Origin: Promethearchaeota archaeon
GTDB taxonomy: Archaea > Asgardarchaeota > Lokiarchaeia > Sigyniarchaeales > SOKP01
Length of the DNA: 52,450 bases
Assembly: GCA_048941285.1 (NCBI GenBank)
Contig: JBHLNS010000018.1
Coordinates: forward strand, 1-52,450
Direction of reading: 5' to 3'
In this document: piece after piece, positions 29,823-38,330 of the stretch
Numbering within the stretch: position 1 is the stretch's first letter
Layout: each line of letters begins with the position of its first letter
Made by a program: the position numbers and the translations under genes
The notes under the pieces: model-generated
What the model saw: only the letters and a program-made list of their open reading frames with translations
Database searches by the model: none
Told to the model about the DNA's origin: nothing

Positions 29823-30407
29823 ATGGCTAAAAAATTCCCTGGTACATTATTTTTAGTAGTCGGAAATTCTGGCTCTGGCAAGGATTCAATCATATCTGAA
29901 GTTGTTAAAAAATTTCCTCCTAACTTGAAAAATATTTATGCCCCAAAAAGGTATATTACAAGAGCTCCGTCTAAGTTTGAAGAAAACATTTCTATATTAC
30001 CTCAAGAGTTCAGAGGTATGGACAAAAAAGAAATGTTTGCGTTAAAATGGCATATTTATGGTTTGGATTATGGAATTTCTAAAGAAATTGAGGATTACCT
30101 TAAACAGGGTCACCCAGTCATAATAAATGTTAGCCGTATGGTTGTAAAAATAGCAAGAGATAAATATGAGAATGTTAATGTAATTTTTATTGAAGTTCCT
30201 TTTGAAATCACATATCAAAGAATAAAAGATCGAAAACGAGAATCTGAAGATTTATTAAAACAAAGAATCGAACGGGCAAGAAATAACCCAGAATTTCCCG
30301 ATGCAGATTTCGTTATAGATAACTCTGGAGATTTGGAGAATGCTGTTGATGCATTACTAAATTATATTTTAAAAATTATAGATGAAAATAAAAAAGAAGA
30401 GAATTAA
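29823..30407 (+). CDS. PhnN-like ribose 1,5-bisphosphokinase / guanylate kinase family
   Basis: VVGNSGSGKDS, RYITR, FALKWHIYGLDYGI, INVSR, IDNSG. Confidence 0.85.
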   Translation: MAKKFPGTLFLVVGNSGSGKDSIISEVVKKFPPNLKNIYAPKRYITRAPSKFEENISILPQEFRGMDKKEMFALKWHIYGLDYGISKEIEDYLKQGHPVIINVSRMVVKIARDKYENVNVIFIEVPFEITYQRIKDRKRESEDLLKQRIERARNNPEFPDADFVIDNSGDLENAVDALLNYILKIIDENKKEEN

Positions 30408-30522
30408 TTTAGCTTTTAAATACGCATTTTTTATCATTAAAATTCCATTGAGATTATACTTTGAAGTTGCCTCTCCTCATAAATAAAATATAAAAGGAAA
30501 AGACAGAAAAGGTTTTATATAT

Positions 30523-31215
30523 TCAATCTTTTTCGACTTCGATTTCAATATCACTAAGTAAATAGTCAAGTTGTTTTTCTTTTTTATTGATGTTTAAAAC
30601 AGTATGAAGATAAACTACTTCTTCATTTCTTAAAAACAAGTGAATTGAACCAGATCTTAATAACATATACTCGAAAATATCAGGAATTTCTTTTTTAATG
30701 CGTAGACTTTTTGTAGGATATCTTTCAGCCGAAACAAATATTCCCTTTCTATGGATTATTTCATTTCTTTCCAGTTTCCAATAATCAAGTCTAGTGGCAA
30801 TCCAAGCTATTAAAAAAATAATAGCAAGAGAGACCGTCAAAGCCAAATAAAATTGATAACTCATTATAATTGTAACCTCAAATGAAAATATTTGTGATAA
30901 TATCGTATTTGGATGGAATATAAAAGTAAAAAGTATTATTAAAATAACAGCACATAAGAGCAATATAAAAAATTTAGTTGATGAGGTATCAAAAGCAATA
31001 ACAAATAAGTTAGCGAAAAAGACTGTAATCCAAATTGCTCCAAGTCCCGGTTCATCCGTTCCTACAATAAATTGTATTAAAAATAATATTAATGACGTAA
31101 AGAATAGAGGATAAAAGAAAATAACTTTAGAATAACTCCTCAATATTATTTTCTCTTCTTTTGCTATGTCTTTCTTAATCTCTTTTTCTGGAGGTAGGCT
31201 ATCCATTTTGCTCAT
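30523..31215 (-). CDS. Membrane protein (4 TM) with a cytoplasmic PH-like C-terminal domain
   Basis: Four TM helices then IIHRKGIF...IFEYMLLRSGSIHL resembling bacterial PH domains (inference). Confidence 0.65.
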   Translation of the reverse strand: MSKMDSLPPEKEIKKDIAKEEKIILRSYSKVIFFYPLFFTSLILFLIQFIVGTDEPGLGAIWITVFFANLFVIAFDTSSTKFFILLLCAVILIILFTFIFHPNTILSQIFSFEVTIIMSYQFYLALTVSLAIIFLIAWIATRLDYWKLERNEIIHRKGIFVSAERYPTKSLRIKKEIPDIFEYMLLRSGSIHLFLRNEEVVYLHTVLNINKKEKQLDYLLSDIEIEVEKD

Positions 31216-31582
31216 TTTAACTTTTTTTTTAAATAATTGATTAAAATTAATGTGTTTTGCTTTAAATTTGAATTATAATATGTGACTACTAAAATTGCCT
31301 TTATAAATATTTTTAATCTATTTTATAAAAATTAAGAACCTCTGATGAAATATCAAGTTACTAATTCTATATACATTATAAATCCTATGAAATGGGATTT
31401 TCGCTTGAAAAAGTTTAAAAATTTAGTGAAAAGTCGCAAATTGTCAATAAAAGATTTATTTAAATATAAAAGACAAAGAAATCTTGATTATTACTGTCAA
31501 AAAGTAATTGAAAGATTAAATGAAATAGAATAAATTTTTTTAGAAACTAATATTAGGACTTATTATAAGAAAAATTAAACAT

Positions 31583-31715
31583 GGCTCGGTTCGTATAGAA
31601 AACTTTCTACTTCAGAGAGTATATAGAATGGTTAGTATTGGGGACTAGATTGGAAAGTTATACCAAGATCCCTACTGTGAATCCCTAGAGACGGGTTCAA
31701 TTCCCGTACCGAGCC
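31583..31715 (+). tRNA. tRNA-His(GTG) with encoded G-1 and two non-canonical introns
   Basis: Acceptor GCTCGGT/ACCGAGC with G-1:C73; D-stem GTAT/GTAT; anticodon stem GGGGA/TCCCT with loop CT-GTG-AA after splicing; T-arm ACGGG-TTCAATT-CCCGT; inserts at about 31600-31627 and 31646-31675. Confidence 0.9.
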
Positions 31716-31751
31716 CTTCTTATTTTTATAATGGATTAACGGGGTAAGAAT

Positions 31752-32207
31752 TTGGCAGAAATAGATCCTAAGAAACTTAGAAATCTTCCAGGATGGGAGG
31801 ATGATGCGCCAATACCCTTATGCATGGGAGGAGATTATCGTGCTTTAACATTTTGTTGTAAACCTGGTTACTCATTGACATTTGCCTTTAAATGTAAAAG
31901 GGATGAAAAATTAAGAGAGTTAGGGCTCAGTCCAGAGGAATTTGTTAGAATTAAAGAGGAATTTTCAAAAGAAAACGATTGGAAATCTGAATTAGTTTGT
32001 TTTGGCTCCCTTTCTTATTGCTGCATGAGACGAGATGGATGTCCAAAAAGAGATTTTGCCCTAACCGAAAGGTACCCTGATAAAAATTTAGAGGATATAA
32101 TGAGATTATATTTTCAGAAAAAAAAGGAACTGTCAAGAAGAATTTTGGGTCGTATTAAGAGTGTTGAAGGAATGAAGAAGGTTAAACCGTTTTTAGAGTT
32201 ATTCTAA
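31752..32207 (+). CDS. Cys-rich protein of the methanogenesis marker 9 domain type
   Basis: WEDDAPIPLCMGGDYRALTFCCKP and CFGSLSYCC..GC..RD motifs. Confidence 0.75.
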   Translation: MAEIDPKKLRNLPGWEDDAPIPLCMGGDYRALTFCCKPGYSLTFAFKCKRDEKLRELGLSPEEFVRIKEEFSKENDWKSELVCFGSLSYCCMRRDGCPKRDFALTERYPDKNLEDIMRLYFQKKKELSRRILGRIKSVEGMKKVKPFLELF

Positions 32208-32270
32208 AAATTCGTCTTATTCATATATAATAGGAAATTTTATAAACCACTATTTTTTCACTTACATAGT

Positions 32271-32429
32271 ATGATTCTTGAACAAGTTCTGCCTCATCCT
32301 AATCGGGATGACATTTATATTAATGAGATAATAACCCCTCCCGATAAAGTTTCACAAAGCGACAAACAAATGGTAAACCGCCTCCTATTAAAAGAAGTCG
32401 CAAGGAAAGGAGTAGAAATATTAATATAA
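32271..32429 (+). CDS. Small 52 aa protein not in the ORF track
   Basis: ATG 32271 to TAA 32429: MILEQVLPHPNRDDIYINEIITPPDKVSQSDKQMVNRLLLKEVARKGVEILI; TTTATAAA box about 25 nt upstream; T-rich tract after the stop. Confidence 0.55.
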   Translation: MILEQVLPHPNRDDIYINEIITPPDKVSQSDKQMVNRLLLKEVARKGVEILI

Positions 32430-32487
32430 ATTTGTTTTTTTTGTCGGAAATTTAAAATTTTAAAAAAAAAGAGATAGAGAGTTGAAT

Positions 32488-33519
32488 TTATTTATTTATT
32501 TTTGTGCATATTAAGGGTACTACAAAAGATAATATAAATGCTATAATTGCATATCGCGTAAATCTATAGAAAACACTATTAATTTCTAATAAGTATTCAA
32601 GAGGAATAAAGACAAGAAGTGCAATTACTATTCCTATTATTATATTTATGATTTTCTTTTTAGTACTCAATTGAGAAGGATCATATTTAACATATTGATG
32701 TTCTAAAGTATAACCTAACCCAAATCCTAATATGACCCCTCCAACCACACCGAATGCACCTGAATCAGGAAATAGTGGAACTGGCGTTAAAGCTAATTGC
32801 GTTCCTGCGTAGGGATATAATAAAGTTCCAACGAGAAAAAGTACAATTGAAATAATTACAATTATGATGATCTTACCAGCAAAGTTAATTTTATTATAGA
32901 GATTAGAGAAGGTCGGTTCTAAATAGATAAATGCTAACAACACCCCCATACCTATGAGTAAACCACCTATAATATCTTGTAAATCATGCACACCAATTAT
33001 TATCCTTGAAATGGCTATTAGGAAAATTATTACAGACAAAATTACTGGAATAATAGGAATTTGTTTTGACTTATATCTATCCTTAAATTCATTACCTAAA
33101 TATCCCCAAAAAGCAACAGCATTTTGACTATGCCCAGATGGAAATCCGTAAGACGCTTCAATTACCCCATATTCATCTGAAGGGTCAGCATCGGTAACAT
33201 TAGGTGCCGGTCTCGGATCTTGAAATAATGATTTAAGTACTTCGTTAATATAATGCGAGAATAATAAGACTAGGAGTAAATTTTTAGCATATTTTTTGTT
33301 ATAAGCCAAAAATAAGAGAACAACAATTATTAAAAAGACAATTGGTTCACCGAGATAACTTATTGCTTTGAATATAGCCCTTACAGTAGAACTCGAACTA
33401 TAGAAAGCTTCATTAAATCCAGTGTAATATAGAATTAATCCGACTACTAATGTAACTAAAGCTGTAATTCCAATAATCATTAAAGCTCTTTTTGATAAAT
33501 AATCTCTTTTTTCAGACAT
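32488..33519 (-). CDS. PAP2 family membrane phosphatase
   Basis: KSLFQDPRP, FPSGH and SRIIIGVH..QD motifs with multiple TM helices. Confidence 0.93.
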   Translation of the reverse strand: MSEKRDYLSKRALMIIGITALVTLVVGLILYYTGFNEAFYSSSSTVRAIFKAISYLGEPIVFLIIVVLLFLAYNKKYAKNLLLVLLFSHYINEVLKSLFQDPRPAPNVTDADPSDEYGVIEASYGFPSGHSQNAVAFWGYLGNEFKDRYKSKQIPIIPVILSVIIFLIAISRIIIGVHDLQDIIGGLLIGMGVLLAFIYLEPTFSNLYNKINFAGKIIIIVIISIVLFLVGTLLYPYAGTQLALTPVPLFPDSGAFGVVGGVILGFGLGYTLEHQYVKYDPSQLSTKKKIINIIIGIVIALLVFIPLEYLLEINSVFYRFTRYAIIAFILSFVVPLICTKINK

Positions 33520-33640
33520 TTTTTAAACCAATTTAGAATTGATTAAAATTCTATGTGCTCTAGATATTAATAAAGCTTTCTACAAATATTACCCATAAAA
33601 ATCGTAAATTACCAATAAAAATACATAAAAAGGGCAAAAT

Positions 33641-34318
33641 CTAATCTATTTTAATATTTGTTTGTTTTTCATCAATTTTCTTAAGTTTTACTTCTAAAAT
33701 ACCATTTGTATATCTAGCACGGGCATAATCTGAATTGATCGCTGAAGGTAACTTAACTTCTTTATAATAACTCCTGCCTTTAACTGCAGATTTAGTGGAT
33801 ATTGTTAATGAGTCTCTAGCAGCTTTTAATTCGATCTCTTCTTTAGTAACTCCAGGCATTTCGCAAATAACTATTATCTGATCACCTTCCTCATTCACTT
33901 CTGTCAAAGGTTCCCTAACTTTTTTGACCTCTGGTTCTCCAGAATATGGTTTTGCTTTAAGATTCCCGAAAGAATCTATAATTGGTTTACCATCTGGACC
34001 AATATTAATATTAAATCCATACATTATTGGAAAACCAAATTTACCCTTATTTTTAGTGAATTCTCTCATAATATCTTCTGGAGATAAATTCTGAAACTCG
34101 GGTGGCAAATTGTCTGCAACTTTCTCAAAAATATCTTTAAAAAGGTGTCGAAAATCTTTAGATCTAAATAATTTTGTTGGATCAATCAAAAACTTATTGG
34201 GATCACTAAAAAATTTGTTTGGATCTTCAAAGAATTTAGAAAAATCAAATGGTTCTCGTTTTTCCTCATCCTTATTCTCGTCTTCTTCATCATCTCTATT
34301 TTTTTTTGGCAAGTTCAT
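33641..34318 (-). CDS. hsp20: Archaeal small heat shock protein Hsp20
   Basis: PIMYGFNINIGPDGKP..FGN, REPLTEV, EMPGV, ARYTNGILEV. Confidence 0.93.
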   Translation of the reverse strand: MNLPKKNRDDEEDENKDEEKREPFDFSKFFEDPNKFFSDPNKFLIDPTKLFRSKDFRHLFKDIFEKVADNLPPEFQNLSPEDIMREFTKNKGKFGFPIMYGFNINIGPDGKPIIDSFGNLKAKPYSGEPEVKKVREPLTEVNEEGDQIIVICEMPGVTKEEIELKAARDSLTISTKSAVKGRSYYKEVKLPSAINSDYARARYTNGILEVKLKKIDEKQTNIKID

Positions 34319-34535
34319 CCCTCTTCATCATAAAAACGAATTATTAATTATTAATTAAATTTAATAGGCTAAATTTTTAAATAAATATTATAATAGCTAA
34401 AAACTAATTAGCTTATAATCTAGAAAAATTTGTATGGATTAATAAATTTATTCTACATATAAACTATGTTATTAAAAACTATAAATCGGAGATGAGATTA
34501 AAATATATTCTGAAATTTCGGATGATGAGAAGGAG

Positions 34536-36329
34536 ATGTATATCTCAGTTTTGCAAGAGGCTCCGATAATGCCTTTCTCTAATTTTGTTTCACGTGGTGA
34601 TATTCCAGATAAAGTAGATATTTCCAGACCAAGAAGTTATATAGATAGAGAAGTGTATCGACTTGTCCAGCAAACTTATCGAGATAGATCATCTCGATTA
34701 ATACCAATTTTAGGTTCAGCTGGAACTGGAAAAACACATGCATACCATAGTTTCAAAGATAAAGAACGTGAGAATAAAAAAAAAATAGAGGATACTGAAG
34801 AATTAGAAGAAGTAGATGCGAGCAAATTTGCAACATCTGCTGACTGGACTATAGTTTACGTTCCAAGTCCACCGGCGAGTATTCGAGTTTTGCTCCATGT
34901 TTACACATGTATTATTGAAGAATTAGGAGCAGAACTTATTGATATTGTATCTGATAAATTGATTAAAAAATGGGGAGGTAGCAAAAAGGGGATTTTCCAA
35001 AAGCCAAAATTAGATGAAGTGATACAATTAGGTATAAGAGAGTTTCCAGGTGTATTTGCTGATTGTGTTAAAGCCTTGGTAACTTATCAGTTAGATAAAA
35101 ACAAAAAACCACTTGCAGAAAGATGGCTTCTTGGAGAGGACTTAGAGGACGAAGAATTAAGTGAACTTGGGATTAATTCAGTACTTGAAGAAGATGATGT
35201 TTGTCTTGCTATGATTAAGATAATTACAGAAAATTTAGATAGAGTTCTTATCCTTTATTTTGATGAGTTAGAGAGTCCTTACAGGATGTTGGGGGAAGCA
35301 GCAGAAATGAAATTCCTCGAGATTCTGAAGAGATTATACAATGAGGTTAAAGGATTAGTTATTACAATAGCAGTTTTGAAGGAAATATGGCCAAGAATTA
35401 TTGAAATTGCTGATGCTCCGTTGAGATCAAGAATGGAACCTGAACAAGAGTTAAAGCCATTCAGCTTAAATGACTTAAAAATCTATTTTTCAAAATCTAT
35501 GGAAGCGTTCTGGGAAGAAAATAACTTAAATCCTCCTTTATATCCACTGTTCCCATTAAATGAAAAATTAATCGAAATGATATACGAGAAAACAAAAGGG
35601 AATCCAAGAAATTCGATTAAACTTTGTAGAAGATTTATAGATAAAATTGTCATGGAGGAGATGACAGTAGACGAATTATTGAAAGTTGGAGCGGAGATTG
35701 TTGCAACTGCTAAACCAAAAGCAGAATTAGAGGAAGAAGAAGTCATTGATTTTTCAAAACCAAGGGAAGTTATTAAAAAGACCATTGAAGATATTTTAGC
35801 AGAAGAAGAGTACTCTATTGAAGTAAATCCTCAATCTGTCGCCGGTGCCACTTTAAAAAATATAAATATGGTGGGAGAACAAAAGAAAAAGAAGTTTAAA
35901 ACTCAATTGGAATTCAAATTTAAGCTTGGTAAGAGAGCACAGACTTTGGCAGCAATGATAGAAGCTGAAGGCAAAAAATGGGGTTTAGAGATACCATCAA
36001 TAAAAACTTTTGATAGAAGTGCTGGTGTAGCGGGATATTATGCTGCTAAAAGATTAAAAGATGCAATTGATGAAAGAGTAATAGATAAAGCTTTATTAGT
36101 TGTGCCTACTGGCAGTAGCGGAGCAAAATTTGAAAGCATCTTGCAAAATAACCCAGAGATCCATAAAGTCGAGTTAGACAATGATATTGGCGAAAAACTA
36201 ATTGCCAATGCGTTGAAATATCCTACAGAAAAAGGTTGGGAAATTTGTAAAATAATTTTCAAGGATATTGGAGAATATCAGCCTCCTGTAGCAGAAGAGC
36301 CTCCATCTAATGAAGAAAATCCTGAATAA
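34536..36329 (+). CDS. AAA+ P-loop ATPase with an extra C-terminal domain
   Basis: Walker A GSAGTGKT, Walker B ILYFDE, PLRSR, TKGNPR; acidic linker then an alpha/beta C-terminal domain. Confidence 0.85.
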   Translation: MYISVLQEAPIMPFSNFVSRGDIPDKVDISRPRSYIDREVYRLVQQTYRDRSSRLIPILGSAGTGKTHAYHSFKDKERENKKKIEDTEELEEVDASKFATSADWTIVYVPSPPASIRVLLHVYTCIIEELGAELIDIVSDKLIKKWGGSKKGIFQKPKLDEVIQLGIREFPGVFADCVKALVTYQLDKNKKPLAERWLLGEDLEDEELSELGINSVLEEDDVCLAMIKIITENLDRVLILYFDELESPYRMLGEAAEMKFLEILKRLYNEVKGLVITIAVLKEIWPRIIEIADAPLRSRMEPEQELKPFSLNDLKIYFSKSMEAFWEENNLNPPLYPLFPLNEKLIEMIYEKTKGNPRNSIKLCRRFIDKIVMEEMTVDELLKVGAEIVATAKPKAELEEEEVIDFSKPREVIKKTIEDILAEEEYSIEVNPQSVAGATLKNINMVGEQKKKKFKTQLEFKFKLGKRAQTLAAMIEAEGKKWGLEIPSIKTFDRSAGVAGYYAAKRLKDAIDERVIDKALLVVPTGSSGAKFESILQNNPEIHKVELDNDIGEKLIANALKYPTEKGWEICKIIFKDIGEYQPPVAEEPPSNEENPE

Positions 36330-36339
36330 AATAATTTTT

Positions 36340-37263
36340 TTAAATTTTTTTTAAAAGATCTCTAATTTTTTCGTCTAATCCTTGTAATTCCTTTGCTAAT
36401 TTTGAAGCTCTTTGAGTACTGTTTTTCAATTTTGTCAAGATATCTACAAATTCATGTTCTTCAAAGGTGAGTGATATTTCAATTAATCTATCTATTGGTT
36501 CAGTAAAGTTATTATACATTTCTAATTGGCTTACTTCTAAATTGGCCAATATCTTATCAATATCTTTAAAAAGAATTTCACGTTCCTTAATTAAGTCAGG
36601 AAAATAACCTACTTGTTCCCCTTTATTTTCTAAGAAAGAAGCAATCTCTTCTTCTTGTATAAGTTCAGCTAATTCAGCGGCTTTTAAGAAACTTTTTTTT
36701 GCTTTTCTATAGAGCTCTTGAATTAACAACTCTTCAGCAAGTTTTACTTCCGCAGCTAGTTTTTCAGGAATATCTTCTCCTAAATCGATTAATTCACGTG
36801 CTTCAGAGAGTTTTCCATCATCTAGCATTTTCTTTGTTCTCTCGTTGATTGTTTCTTTAATAATTTTCGGCTCTTTTAATTTCTCCATTAATGTTAAAAC
36901 TGAGTGTATTGCATTATTCAGAATTTGTGTCATCTTAACTTTATCATTAGTAAAATTTTGAATAACATGTTCTTCAATGTTGGTAAAAATACTTTTTAGG
37001 GAAACCAGATCTTCCTCTTCTTGTAATATAAAGCTCAAATAGAGATTCTCTTTTTCTAATGATTCAGCATTAATTTTCTTTGAAAAATAGCGATTATCTC
37101 CTTCGCGAATTGTTATATCTGATAACTGTTTTTTATCATGTTTCTCTGAAAATTCTTTTAAGACTGTTGGTGATATTTTATCATCTTGTTTTAAATAGTA
37201 CTCTGCAATAATATTAGGACCAAATGAAGGGTCTATTTCATATAAAATTATTGCTCTTGGCAT
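36340..37263 (-). CDS. Longin/uDENN-like domain plus helical (TPR-like/coiled-coil) protein
   Basis: N-terminal AIILYEIDPSFGPNII hairpin typical of uDENN/NPRL2-type longins; helical C-terminal half. Confidence 0.6.
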   Translation of the reverse strand: MPRAIILYEIDPSFGPNIIAEYYLKQDDKISPTVLKEFSEKHDKKQLSDITIREGDNRYFSKKINAESLEKENLYLSFILQEEEDLVSLKSIFTNIEEHVIQNFTNDKVKMTQILNNAIHSVLTLMEKLKEPKIIKETINERTKKMLDDGKLSEARELIDLGEDIPEKLAAEVKLAEELLIQELYRKAKKSFLKAAELAELIQEEEIASFLENKGEQVGYFPDLIKEREILFKDIDKILANLEVSQLEMYNNFTEPIDRLIEISLTFEEHEFVDILTKLKNSTQRASKLAKELQGLDEKIRDLLKKI

Positions 37264-37398
37264 TTTATAAATCTTTGATTATACTATTTTGGTGATTAAT
37301 TATATGATTTAGACTTAATAAGTTAATATGATAATAGTTCCTCATTTTTTTTAAAGAAGTAAAGATAAAAGAAAATTGGTTTTCTATAATCGAAATAG

Positions 37399-38085
37399 TT
37401 ATTTTTTTAGAGTTAGTGGTTCTTTTTTCATTCTGAATTGTTCTTGAAAAAGACTAATATCACCATTATACCACTGTGAATACTTTTCACTAAATATTTG
37501 ATCAATTTTTTCTATCGGTACATCTGCATAAGATCCCCAATCAGTAATATACTCTACAAAAATATTACCTTCATTATCATAGGGTGCGAAGAGTGCATCA
37601 GTTTCTCCATTAAATTCAATTATAGGAAGGAATCCACCTTTAATAGAAGTTTCTCTATCAAATACAGGAGTAGCTTTAATCCATTTCCCGTTTAAAAAAA
37701 TTTCACTATAGGCATGACAATAGAATGCTTTTGTGCCCATTAAGTTTACAACTCTTTTTGAGAGCTTATGATTAATAATATCAACCATGTGAATTCGAGC
37801 AGGAATGCCAACCGCACGTGCAAAAGTGGATAAAAGTGTGGCTTTTGACATACAAAATCCATTCATTCTACGTAACGTTACAGATGCTTTTAGATTAGCT
37901 TTAATTTTTGGGTAATAAGTAAACATGTTATATTTGATTTTGTTTTGTACCCAATCAAACAATGCAATTGCTTTCTCCTTATCTTCCTTTAGGTGTTTTG
38001 TGATTTCAATAGCAGTTTCTTTCACGCGTTTCTTATTAAAGTCGAGAAATTCAGTAGGTTGTAGATAAATACTCAAATCTGCCAT
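37399..38085 (-). CDS. Transglutaminase-like family protein
   Basis: YLQPTEFLDF, ASVTL..GFCMSKA, GIPAR, HAYSEIFLNGKW. Confidence 0.88.
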   Translation of the reverse strand: MADLSIYLQPTEFLDFNKKRVKETAIEITKHLKEDKEKAIALFDWVQNKIKYNMFTYYPKIKANLKASVTLRRMNGFCMSKATLLSTFARAVGIPARIHMVDIINHKLSKRVVNLMGTKAFYCHAYSEIFLNGKWIKATPVFDRETSIKGGFLPIIEFNGETDALFAPYDNEGNIFVEYITDWGSYADVPIEKIDQIFSEKYSQWYNGDISLFQEQFRMKKEPLTLKK

Positions 38086-38330
38086 AATTATGAAAAAAAT
38101 TAATCCCTTTAGAATATTTCTTTTTAAATTTATAACCCAATGTCCAATTAATTTATGTTTTATACATAGGTGATTTATTGAGGTTAAAGGGAGAATTATA
38201 TATTAGTAATTAAAGTTAGGTAAAAAAGTTAAGGATAACAGAATTTAAAATTAAATTTATAATATTAAATTATTATAATAAAATTACAAATTTAAAACCG
38301 AGATTACAAACATTAGATTCGTGATAATTC

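Noticed and set aside
31345-31533. 62 aa basic ORF upstream of tRNA-His
   Set aside because: AT-rich and Lys-biased with no recognisable motif; could be a real small protein from MKWDF but is unsupported
9963-31715. Functional clustering of hisS with tRNA-His
   Set aside because: They are 20 kb apart with unrelated genes between; probably coincidental
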